From: Microbotryum violaceum
Lineage: Eukaryota
Assembly (NCBI GenBank): GCA_001244265.2
Contig: LN717261.1
Location: 1,627,591-1,691,590 of the forward strand
DNA: 64,000 nt
Direction: 5' to 3'
Shown: one piece after another, positions 26,562-38,600 of the stretch
How positions within the stretch are numbered: the first letter of the stretch is position 1
How the letters are laid out: each line of letters begins with the position of its first letter
Notes under the pieces: model-generated
Seen by the model: the letters and a program-made list of their open reading frames with translations, nothing else
Databases searched by the model: none
What the model was told of the DNA's origin: nothing
Position numbers and translations under genes: made by a program

Positions 26562-28827
26562 ATGTCTACAGGAGACCCTGGGTCCCCACCGCCGGCACCG
26601 CCACCACCGGTGTCCGCCACCAGCGTCCAGCCACCCCGCGACCAGATCCCGATAAGCTCGAAGAAGACGCAAGCCACGGGCCCCGCCACCGCCGCACCCA
26701 ACTATGCCGCCGCTGCGAGTCAGGCGACTCAGTCACCTGAACAACAGCAACAACAACAACAGCGTGCCAAGGCTCTGGGCAGCCTCCTACAAGCCATGGG
26801 TGCTGTACCCGGAAACCGCAGTCCAGGCCATCTACTTCGCCGAACTCTACCCCGTCGCCACCGCCACATCGCTGAAATTCTCGGCCTCGAACGCGAACCG
26901 GTCTGTCGAGAACATCTTTGATTACGCCCTTGAAGTGACTCTGTCTCACCAGAGCGCCTCGCGAGCGTCTCATGCCGACAAGACCGATCTCGTGGCCTGC
27001 GTCACGAGGCTGTTATCGCCGATCTCTCCTATCTGCTTTGAGCCTGGAGTTCCTCTGCCGGACCACCTTGCAGCCTATCGACCACAGATCCTAGGCGTAC
27101 AACATTCATCAATCCTGCGTAATGGGGCGGCTCACCATCGCGTTACGGTTGGGTTCGTCACCGGCGAGGCCCGTGACGCTGCGCTTACGACGCCCCCTGC
27201 TCTCACTTGGCGATCGGCGAAGGCCCGCTTCGCGAAATCTCACAGGTTCCACCATAACATGGTCGAGCTTCGAATCAACGTCGGTGTTCAAGGAGTGCCT
27301 TCCATGGATGCCATCATCAAATCGTTCCAATTACTAGTGCAGGACTTGTCAGGCAAGGGACATTCGTGCCAACTTGTGCAGGTTCTGCGCATCATCAGCG
27401 TGGACAACGCCTCGGCCTTTGCCCACGTTGCCGGAGACTACTCAGCTTTCCTACACTTCGATGACGACTCCCTGTTCAAACGCCCTAACACGACCTTGAA
27501 AGAGATCCTACCTTCGAGAATCGGCCTTCCCACTCGAGGCATCCCGGTCACCGCCCTTCGCCATGACTATGAGAAGGAGGCGGCTTGCGGTAGGTGCCAC
27601 TTCGTTGGTCACGTGGGAACCTGCGGACTGGATCAGGAGAGCAAGCGAAAGGAGGCTCACAACGGCAACGGCAACGGCAACACTAACGCCAACAAGAACA
27701 CCATCACCAACGACACCAACATTGCGGAGGCCGAGGCCCCCATTCCTGTGCCGGTTGTTAACAGGATCGCATCACAGAATCGCTTCGCCGGGCTCGAGGT
27801 TGAGGAGGGACAGGAGGAAGCGATAACTGGCCAGAGCGGACAGGGGCCAGAGGAATCGGGGGAGGAGGACGCTGGTGATAAGGCGGATGACGAGGACTCG
27901 GAGGACTCGGAGATGGAATCAGAGGCGACCGTGAAAACGGAGGCCATCATACTTAAGAGCGAGGACGAGTCGGTTTTAGAGGACTGCGGAGGATCCGATG
28001 GAGAGGTGATTGATGAGGATGAGGTGATGGCGGATGGAAGGGGCGAAACAGAAGGCAAGGTGGCGACGGAGATGGAGGAAAGGGAGGTGGCGACGGAGAT
28101 GGAGGAAGAGGAGGTGGCGACGGAGGTGGACGATGTGGACGAGGCAGGGGGAGCGACGAAAGCGGAGAACGCGGAAGCGACGGACTTAGGGGAGACGAAC
28201 AGGCTGGGCAATGACGACGACAGCGACGCAACAGCAACCGCCGCCACCGCTTCCCGCGAATCGACACCCCACGAACCAACCCCACCTTTGTCACCCGAAA
28301 CTCTTGCCAAGTCGCTTCGCGAGGGGGAGGAGTGGGACAGGATCAGAGCTAACTGGGTTGAGCAGGCACGACTCGAGCCGGACCAAAGCATCGAGAGGAG
28401 GCTCGACGCTGAAACCCCTTTGGTGCGTCACAACTTTGCCACGTGGGATGAGGACGGTGAGATACGTTCCATCAATATCAGGGGGACCGCTTCGAAGTTC
28501 AAAAAGCCGGTAATGAAGAGGTCGCAGACTGCGGCGGACCTCAGTGACCCGAGTGACGAACCGACCGACGCCAAGCGAGTGATCATCAAAGGGAAGAGCC
28601 GCGTCGTTGTCAAGGATGGAACAGAGGGGCGGAGGGTGACGAGGTCGATGTCAGCGGCGGCGGCGATGCCGGTTGGCGTGACGAAAGTGGACCGAGGGAA
28701 AGCAAAGGGGGTAGCCGAGGAGAAAAGATGGTCCGACCACGAGCCCGAGGACGATGTCCTGCCCGCCCTCCCCCTCTTTGAGGACGTCACCACCGCCAAG
28801 AGCGCTTCGACCTCAACTACCCATTAA
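26562..28827 (+). CDS. LINE-A ORF1 (gag-like, single Cys/His knuckle, acidic tail); one frameshift near 26800
   Basis: Homologous to LINE-B ORF1 ([15 protein letters not shown] vs [34 protein letters not shown] vs LRHDYEAEASCRRCGFVGH). Confidence 0.8.
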
Positions 28828-31800
28828 TGATTAAGCACACCATCATCACCTGGAACGTGAGGAGGGGCATGGGGGTCCCGGAGAAACGACGTGACATTTA
28901 CAACTACCTATCCCTTTTCAAAGCATCGGCCATTCTCATACAAGAGCACTTCATCAGACCGCACCTCTGGCAACTCATCAAGGACGAGTACGAGGGCAAG
29001 CTCTTCATCAACCAACATTGTCTGACTCTAATTCCGGCTGACTCCCCCTGATCGACGCCGAGCTCTTGCGCACCCACTCGGCACTCGACGGCCGGCTCCT
29101 CGTCACGTCCTTTCGTCTGCGGGGCGACATCAAAATTCTAGAAATCAACAACGTTTACGCGCCCGTTGACCCAAAGCAACGAGCGAAATTCTTTGACAAA
29201 CTCTTATTTCACAAAACACAGAAATCCCACCTCCGACTCCTTGGCGGTGATCTCAACGACTGCCCGCGCCCAGAAGTCGATCGGCGGAACCAAAGTCGGC
29301 GCGGCCACCACTGGCCAATCCTGATCGGCAAGCTCGACTCGGCCTACACGGACTGCATCCGCTACAAACACCCCATCACCCCATCCTTCACTCGACCTAA
29401 TCCCAATCGCAAGCGACCCAACTCCTTCTCCCGGCTTGACTACTTTCTCCTGCAACGGACACACCAAAAAAGACTCGATCAGGCCTCGACGATCTACGAC
29501 TATCCCAAGGAGCTTTCCGATCACCGACCGGTCTTGATTGTGCTGGCTCTCTCAGACGATCCTGATGCGACCCTCCCACAGCTCAGCCTACCTACCACAT
29601 CAAACCAACTACATCGAATCAACACCACAACCTTTAAGACGGTGAAATTCCAGCGGATGATGGAAGGATGGTTGGAAGGGGCAAGCGGGGAGGAACCGGT
29701 GGGGGAGCTCGAGGTCATTCTGAAGGCGTGCAGGGATAGGGGTGGGGAGATGGCGAGGAGGTTGCATCGGGAGCGGACGGAACGGATGGAGTATTTGGTG
29801 GGGAGGGTGCAGGATCTGGAGGCGATACCGGAATGGGGGGAGGCGGAAACGGCAGAATGGACAAGGACGTCCGAGGAACTCAAGCGGGCGGTCGAGGAGC
29901 GCGCGCGCCTACTCCGGATCCAAGCCCACGTACCCGAGATCGCCTCCGAGGAACGACTGTCGCGGCCGGTCCACGCCAAGCTCGCGGCGCGAAACTCGGA
30001 CTCCAAGATCACAGCACTGCGCTTGAGCAACGGAGAGCTAACGCATGACATTGATGTCGCTCTTGACCACACGCAGGCGCATTTCCAGCGCCTCTACCAC
30101 ATCGAGCCTCGTGACCCGGACCGCGTCGACCGACTTCGGGACGATTTCCTCGCGCCGATCAGGGCGGCGCGGACTTGCGACGACCCGCGCTCGGATCCTC
30201 TCTTTCTGCGCCGACTCTCGGAATCCCAGATCGACTTACTCCAGCGACCAATCACCGAGGACGAGGTCGTGGCCGCGATCGGGACGACGCACCCGGGGCG
30301 ATCGCCGGGACCGTCGGGCGTGCCCTACGAACTCTACCAGACCGCACCCAAGGCGTGGGCCAAGGTGCTGACCAAGGCCTACAACGCGATGATAGAGCGA
30401 GGCTCACTCTCTCCCAAGCAGGGCCAAGGACTCGTGCGCCTCATCTTCAAGCGACACAAGAAGAATGCTGATCGCGCCGAACTTTCGGCGTACCGGCCGA
30501 TCACCCTGCGCGAGTGCGATTACAAGATCTTTACCAAGGTCTATGTCGCCCGTTTGAACCAAATTCTACCGGATCTCCTCCCGCCGCAGCAGCACGGATT
30601 CGTCAAGGACCGCCGATCGGCTGACGCTGCACTACACCTTCGTCTCCTGATCGAGGAAGTTGGCGCGCGCAGGACCGAGTTCCCCGCGGCCGCACTCTTA
30701 TCTCTTGACCAATCGTCCGCCTACGACCTCGTCGAGCATGACTGGATCTTTGCCATCTTTGACGCTCTGGGCGCTCCTGCCACCTTTCTTCGCGTGCTGA
30801 GGATGCTCTACTCGGGTGACTCGACCTCGGCCCGCTACATCATCAATGGGTTCTTGACGGCGCCGGTACGACTGACGTGTGGGCTCGGCCAAGGGGACCC
30901 GGCGTCGTCGTCGGTCTGGGACATCGTGTTTCAGCCGTTTCTGGATGCTCTACACCGTCGAAACATCGCGCTGAATCTCTCCATACCTGCACTTCATCCG
31001 TACCCACAGAGCCGCGCCATTACATCGCTTGCTTTTGCCGATGACGTTGTCGTCGCCGTCGCGGGCTTGGGGTCACTCAACTTGCTCGATGACCTGGCGC
31101 TCGACTGGAGGCATGCAACGAATGGCCGGCTCAACACGGACAAGACGGTCGTCCTACCGATCGGACGCCGCTGGGACCCGGGGCAACGCCCGCTCGTCGT
31201 CAAGGCCGCAGGCGAGTCGCTCGAGTGGATCGGCCTCCCCTTCGACCCGAGCGGCGACACCGAACTCGCCTACGCGAATCTCATCGAACGCCTCGAGGCG
31301 ACGCTGGAAGGGGTTCAGCATCGCTGGCTCACACACCACACCCGTGCCTTTTACGTCAATCGGTACGCCATCCCCAAGATCCTGCACTTCCTTGCAGCCG
31401 ACATCCCGCCGCCCGAAGTCGTCAAGAAGCTCGATGACATGCTCGTCGATTTCGTCCGTGGGGGCAAGGGCAGGACCAGCTACGGCAGAGATATCGTGTT
31501 CACAGCCAAGCTCAAGGGGGGACTCGGGGTGATCAGGATGCAGGACGTCGTGGACGCGGTTGCGGCACGGATCTGGGACGTTCTTCTCGGCGGTTCGGGC
31601 GCGATCTGGCAAGGACTTGCGCGCGTGGCACTCCAGCGAGCTCAGTCCGACCTCGACCTGGCCACCGATCTCTGGCCACATCCTCCACTCCCATCCCCAG
31701 CGACCTCCATCCCCGATGGCGAGCAGCATTGGGGGTTCCGAAACAGCAAGACGCGCAGGTCAACCCGAGGACCTTGACCACCGCGAACCTGCTCGCGCTT

Positions 31801-32924
31801 CCCACCTTGCTCGGCAGCCTCCACACCCCCATCAGAGGGAGACAGACCATCGACGCGGTTCATATACCTGACTACCTTCGTCTCCAGGGCTACCCGAAGG
31901 TGGCGGATCTCTACCGGCGCGAGTTGTATGCGGGTGGGGGGTTTCACCTTTGGACGCCGCCGGCGGATGTGCTCGGCGACAACAGCGAGTACGATCGACG
32001 CGGGCTCCCGCAGCGACTGGCAATCGCGGCCTGGTACCGGTTCACTGTCGATCGACACAAGAACACGCCCTTGGCGGTGGCGGTGGCGGCAGGACGGCTC
32101 AACGTGCCTCCCCGGATCGGCACCAGCGCACCGCTCGAGGCGATTATCCCCAAGCCCGTGGCCCGCTTCGCAATGGAGCAGCGCCTTCCGGACCCGGTGC
32201 TTCCACAGCAGGCGAGCCAGTACAAGCTGCTGAACATGGCTCGACCGTACACCATCCGTCGCATCCGCCGGGTCCTGAACGCGAAGGCCTTTACCAACAC
32301 GCTCGGCTCAAGGGACCACCGCAGCCGGACGACCTCAGGAGCTTTTGGAAGGCGGTCAACTCGAAGGCACTGACGGCGAGGGAGAGGGAAGTTTGGTTCA
32401 AGCTGATTCTCCGCTTCACCCCGACGCGCAAGCTGCAACACCAACAGAATCACGACACTTCTCCCGCGTGCCTCGTCTGCGAGGCGCCGGTGGACGACAC
32501 CGACCACTACTTTTTCGACTGCGTTGACTCTGGGAACGTTTGGATCGCGGCAAGGAGCGTGCTCTGCGACGCACTGGGGCTCGACACGATCGACAACACG
32601 CATTACACGGCTGTTCAACGCATGTTCGGACTTCCGAAGCTCAAGGCCAGTCTACGCGATCAAGAAGGAGCGGGGAGGACGATCGAAATATTCACCGGGC
32701 TGGTCTTGGAGATGATCAGCAGCGGGAGGTGGGGGATGCAGAAGTGGGGGACGAAGATGGAGGGTGTTGTGAGGAGGAGGATCATCTTGGAGGAGAGGTT
32801 GAAGCTGAGGGCGGGAGGAGCTTGGGGAGGAGAGGGCAGTAGAGGCTGGGTTCGACTTTCCCCCACCACCACCACACACACACACCAAATTCTCGTGACA
32901 TCATTTTCTCCTACTGTACACTAA
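28827..32924 (+). CDS. LINE-A ORF2: APE endonuclease, reverse transcriptase and C-terminal zinc finger; frameshifts near 29045, 31690 and 32320
   Basis: TWNVR, IQEH, NVYAP, GGDLND, SRLDY, SDHRPV; YRPITL, QHGF, QGDP, FADD; CLVC..HYFFDC. Confidence 0.93.
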
Positions 32925-33500
32925 ACAGATCGCTTTCATCTTTCATTTGTTACAGGTTCACCGTTGCGGATCATGGACCATCTCGCGATTTGGCGTCGAC
33001 TTGGTGTGGCTCGCGCTCTTCGGCTTCGGGGTTCTGAGTCAAGGGAGGGATCAGCGGACACAGGCAGAAAGTCGGCTTTGAGGGGCCAGGGACTGCCGAT
33101 GGGGGAGGTTTTGAGGGACCTTCACCGCGTCTTGTTGTGACTGAGCAGAGACTTGGAGCGTCGAGGGTCGTGGTGGTTGCGCAGTCGTGCTCTTGTCTTC
33201 GTCTCGACCGAGTGGGAAGTGGCTGTGGGGTGGGCCTTCTGTCGTTAGTACATTTCTTTTCTTTCTTTTTTTCTCTTCATCTCTCTTTCTCTCTCTCATT
33301 AGTCTCCTGGGGGGGAGCAACCGCTTGGCTAGGGCATTTGAATCCGAATCTCGGATTGGTGGACTTGGCTCGTTTCTCGCACTTTTGCGGGCGGTTTGTG
33401 TTATCATCGTAGTCTTCCATCTAGTTTTTTTCCGTAGGCCAAAACAGGGGGAACAGGAACTGGGGGCAATATGATGAACGTTTTCTACAAAAAAAAAAAA

Positions 33501-33784
33501 TCGGATTCGCCTGTACAACACATGTACCATCACCAACGACTCATCCATCTTTTCCCGATTCCTTGTGTATAATCTTCAACCTTCCTTTCATTCGTCTCTG
33601 GGAGGGAGCAACCGTGGGTGGGGGGACTTGAACTCGGATGTATCGGGTTGGTCTGTTCTGCTAGTTACAACGCATCAAGCGGCGGTTGTGGTCATCATCG
33701 TGCATGCTGGGTAGCATCTCCTTTAGTTCCGTAGGGGGTTTTCTCGTCTTGCAAATTAGCGATGAGTTTCATACAAAAAAAAAA
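33501..33784 (+). mobile_element. 5'-truncated 3' end of a related LINE with poly(A)
   Basis: 33587-33784 is a diverged copy of 33295-33500 (GGGAGCAACCG..TCATCGT..TCCGTAGG..ATGA..TAC-A10). Confidence 0.7.
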
Positions 33785-35663
33785 CACGCGGCGGGCATTG
33801 ACACCTCGACGGCGAATCGACCGCTCTCGGAACCAGAGGACCCGTTCTCGCTCCCGAGCAGTGATCCCACCACGTGGAATGAGGCCATGCGCCATCCTCA
33901 CGCCGCGGCATGGAAAGCGGGAGCCATTGAGGAATTCCGCTCGATGAAAGACGATCTCAAGGTGTTCAGCGTCGTCGGACTGTCCTCCGTGCCCAAAGGA
34001 GCTACGATCTTACCAAGTCGTCACGTCTTTCGAACCAAACGCGACAAAGCCGGGAAGATGGTTTCACTGAAGAACCGCATTGTTGCACAGGGCTGCGCAC
34101 AAGGCCCAAACAGCTTCAACAACACCTTCTCACCCACGGCTAAGTACACCTCCATCCGCACGCTCATCGCGCACTCGGCCTCGAAGGGCCACCACATCAT
34201 TCAAGCCGACGTTGACAAGGCCTATCTTCACGGTGTGCTGGAGGAGGAGATCTACATGCGGGTTCCAACTGGCATCGAAGGCTACGAAGGCAAATGCCTC
34301 CGCCTTCATCGATCGATCTACGGTCTCAAGCAGGCAGGTCGAGTGTGGAACGACACGATCAACACCATGCTCGCGAGTCTCGGCTATCGTCGCCTCGCCT
34401 GCGACGAATGCATCTATCGTCATGAGGACGCTGGGGGTGATCACTACATTGCACTCTACGTCGACGATCTACTCTTCTTTGGGCCGGATCTCGGGGAAAT
34501 CGATCGAGTCCTTGACCAACTCGACACCCTCTACGGAGTCAAACGCCTCGGCCCGGCCGAATGGGTACTCGGGTTCAGGTCGTACGACACGACGATGGCG
34601 GGATCTCCCTTCTCCAGCGTCAATACCTCCTTGACGTCTTGGATCGCTTCAACATGTCCGACTGCAACCCCTGCAAGTCACCCATGGAAGCCAACCTACA
34701 GCTTTCGCCGGAACCCGATACAGACTCCGCCGACAATGCCATCTACCGTTCCATGATCGGCTCACTCATGTACGCTGTTGTTGCCACTCGCCCTGATCTA
34801 GCCCACTCCGTCGGATATCTGTCACGTTTCGTCGGCAAGGCTGGCGACACTCACCTCGAGGCGGCCAAGCGCGTCCTTCGTTACATCAAAGGATCGCTCG
34901 ATCTTGGCATACACTACACGCGCACCAGTTCGCCTCTGCTGGGGTACGAGGGGTACTCTGACTCGGACTGGGGATCGGACATACAGACGTCGAGGTCCAC
35001 TATGGGTTACTTGTTCAAACTGGCGGGTGGGGCCATCTCATGGTCATCTCGTCTCCAACCTCGCGTAGCTTGTTCATCCACGGAAGCGGAGTACCTGGGC
35101 CTCTCGCATGCAGCCAAGGAGGCTGTCTTCCTTCGCTCGCTCCTCACCGAACTCGGTCTCGATACGTCGTCCCCTTTACGTCTTCTCGGGGATAACCAGG
35201 GAGCTATAGCGCTCACCCAGAATCCGGTCTTCCACGCTCGCACCAAACATTTGCGCATGTTGGAGCATTTCGTTCGGGAGCATGTTCGGAATGGAGAGAT
35301 CTCGGTCACCTACATCCCAACCCACGATATGGTTGCCAACATTTTCACCAAGCCGCTGCCGCGAGTAGTCTTCCAGCGTCATTGTGACGCCATCGGTCTG
35401 CGCCGCATTTCAGGCCAAGAGCAAGGGGGGTGTTGAGGTAGATTACTCTTGCCTTAAATCTGCCTAGCGCGCGTCTCTATTTGTATTAGCCGCGCGGTCC
35501 AATCGCGTCTTTCCTTCTTCTTCTCCACTTGATTACAAACTCATTGGCTTGCCACTGCCGCCAACTCGTTCAGGTGTGTGAAGAACTCCTTTATTGCAAT
35601 CCCACTTGATTACGAACTCATTGGCTTGCCACTGCCGCCAACTCGTTCAGCACATCGCTGTTC
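33785..35663 (+). mobile_element. Copia-2: 3' half of a Copia of the same family as Copia-1 (RT, RNase H, PPT, 3' LTR from 35431)
   Basis: Colinear with Copia-1 pol (LSEPEDPF..IYGLKQAGRVWN..YVDDLL..YSDSDW..QEQGG). LTR TGTTGAGG.. is truncated at ~35663 by LINE-B. Confidence 0.93.
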
Positions 35664-38600
35664 GATTTCTACTCATCTTTCATCTTTCATCTTTCATCTT
35701 TATCGCACTACCCTACCTCGGCAAACGTCAATACATCGAATACATCAACCGCTACATCAGCTATCGACCCAATGTCCGACCAGGCACCGCCTGATCCGGG
35801 CCGCGGCCCTCCGGGGCCGGCAGCGACGGGGCAACCACGTGGTGACGCCGGGGCGGAGGCCGATGCCGCCGAGGGACCAGGGAACCCCGGCCTAGCGCTG
35901 TACCAGGAAAAGCGTGATGAAGAGAAGAAGAGGAAGGAGGATGTCGCGAGGATCCTGAAGATGATCAGTGTCGAAGATGGCACACGCCAGGGCACCCGCA
36001 TCCTTGTGCTCAAAGAAGCACTCGGCTTCGGCAAGGACCGGGCCACCTCCCTGCGCTTTAGCGCACTCAATGCAACGAAACCAATCGCCGACACGTCTGG
36101 TGCCGTTCTTGAAGTCACGTTCGAACACACCGGTGTAGCCACTGAACGCGAGAAGTCCGAGTTGTACTCGAAGGTGCTCCGTACCCTGTCGCCCGACACG
36201 TTGTTGTGTTTTAACCTGCCCGCAGGAGTTGTCCTCCCCCCGAGCTCCAGAAATACGCTCCAGTCATCCATGGAGTCGCACCGGAGTCGATCATCCAAAA
36301 CGGCAACACCCGGTTCAAGTTCGTGGTGCGCTGCGCTAGCGCAGCGGCGCTCGACCAAGTCCACGACGCGGCGACCAAGATCGAGTGGAAACGCTCCTTT
36401 GCCCAAGTCCGCAAGCGCTTGGCGTTCGTCAAGAACGTCGTCGAACTGCGTTTCATCATCAGTCCTGAGGCTGAATACACGAGTGACGACCTCTGGAGCA
36501 AACTGCAAGGCGTCGTCGCCAAGCTTACCGGGGACGGCCACAAATGCGACTTGCTCCAACTCCAGCAGCCTCTAACAGTCGTTCAAGGCTCGTATCTCGT
36601 TGCTCGAGGAAACTACGCGGCCATCGTCCAGTTCGACGACGACGATCTGTTCAAAAACAACGGTGCTCAACTTCGACAGGTTCTACCGACGAGGATCGAC
36701 CTTCGAGGACGACTCGCAACTCTCACCCCCCTTCGCCACGACTACGAGGCCGAAGCCTCCTGCCGCCGATGCGGTTTTGTAGGCCACTCCGACAACTGCG
36801 TTCAAAAGCCGGTCCAGCGTCAGCAGGCCGCCCAGAAAAATAACAACAACCAAAGGCCCCAGGCCGAGCCCCAAAGCAGCATCGAGCAAACCTCGACCCC
36901 CCAAAAACAACGCAGAGGTGATGTAGCCTCTCCCTCTCCCCCAATGTCCCCTGTTGCGTCCAAGCGTTCAAAGAAGAACGCATCTCCCACAAGGGCCACT
37001 AACAACTCACCACGAGTCTACCCCACTCGTTCACAAAGCTCTACACCCACAGCATCCGCCCTCGCGGTTTCATCGTCGCCGCGAACCCATTCGCAAGTCT
37101 GGCCGGCGACGTGGCCGAAGAGGCGCAGGGGGAGCCCGCTCAGGCTCTCGAGGACGACGAGGACGCGATGAGCGTAGTCGAGGCACAGCTGGAACCACAG
37201 CAGGAGGTGCCGCCGTTGGAGCCTTCGGATCTGTCGGATCTACAGGACCGCGGAGCGGAGGGGAACCAGGAGGAACACACGGAGACGAGTGACGCGGAAG
37301 AAGGGGAATCGCAGTCGGCCGAGACGGGGTCTATGCCTGAGGTTGTCTCGACGACCCCTGAGCTGACGCGGTTCCGATCGGCCAGTCACCATCAGCTTGA
37401 TATGGACGGCCTTCCTGACGACTGGATGAATCGTGTGTCGGACCGCGAGCGCAAACAGGATGCTGGTCTGTACGATGAGATCACCGAGTTGGACCGCACC
37501 CCGTCTGTGACCGGTTGGATGCCTTCGCCGTCTCCAGGTCCAGTGTGTGATCCCGAGCCCGAGCCCAAGCAGGAGGTGGAAGAAGGAACTTCCCAGGGTC
37601 TTCGCCGGTCCGAGCGTATCCAGCGTCTCACCAGCGTTGCGCGCACATCGGACTGGAACGAATCGACTGCTGCGGACCCTCTCCCGTCACCCACATTCGG
37701 ACCTATGTTGTCCATCAAGGGAGCTGCTGCTGCAACGAAGGCGCGATCGTAATGATTGACTTCATCATCATGACCTGGAACGTCAACAGGGGCTTCAATA
37801 CCCCTGAACGACGTCGTCTGCTTCTTTCGTATCTCACTTCGCTCACACCTCCCCCTTCTGCTATCCTTCTCCAGGAACATAATGTTCCTAAAGCACGACA
37901 ATCTCACATACGCCACGAGTACGCCCAGTCCCACCAGGGCGAGGCCTACTTTTCTCAACACTGCCTCACTTTGATTCCAAGCTCTTCTCCTCTTCTCGGT
38001 GGTCATCGTCGCACGCGTCAGTCTCTTGGCGGGCGCTTACTCGTGACCACCTTCGATGTGCGGGGTTCGACGGACGTCGTCGAACTCAACAATATCTACG
38101 CTCCGGTTCAACCCGCCGAGCGCCTCCTCTTCTTCACCTCCCTTCACTTTCGGGCGACCGTCTCCTCTCACATTCGGTTCATCGCGGGCGATCTGAACGA
38201 CTGCCCTATTCCCGCGGTGGATCGAGCGCAACAGGTGGACCGCCCGAACACCCACCACTGGCCTGTGCTTATGTCTCGGCTCGACGGGGCGTACACGGAT
38301 GCCATTCGGCTCATGCACCCACTGTCGCCGGCGACCACGCGCCCGCATCTCAGCAAGGATGGCCAGCTCATTTCGCGCGCGCGCATCGACTTTGTTCTGG
38401 TGCAGCGGCGACACGAGCGACGGATCGTTTCTGCTTCTACTCTGTACAATATCTCTCGACCCATGTCGGATCATCGACCGGTTATGATCACATTTAGGCT
38501 GTGCGCAAGTGGTGCCGAGGTCGAAGAGGAGCTCTGCCTTCCCCAGGCGGCGCATTTTCTGACCCGCATCAACTCGTCGACCTTCAAACACGCCGAGTTT

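Larger units (their letters stand above)
26478..33500 (+). mobile_element. LINE-A: full-length non-LTR retrotransposon (L1/Tx1-like)
   Basis: Short 5' UTR with (CTTCA)n, ORF1, ORF2, ~570-bp 3' UTR and an A12 tail ending at 33500. Confidence 0.9.
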
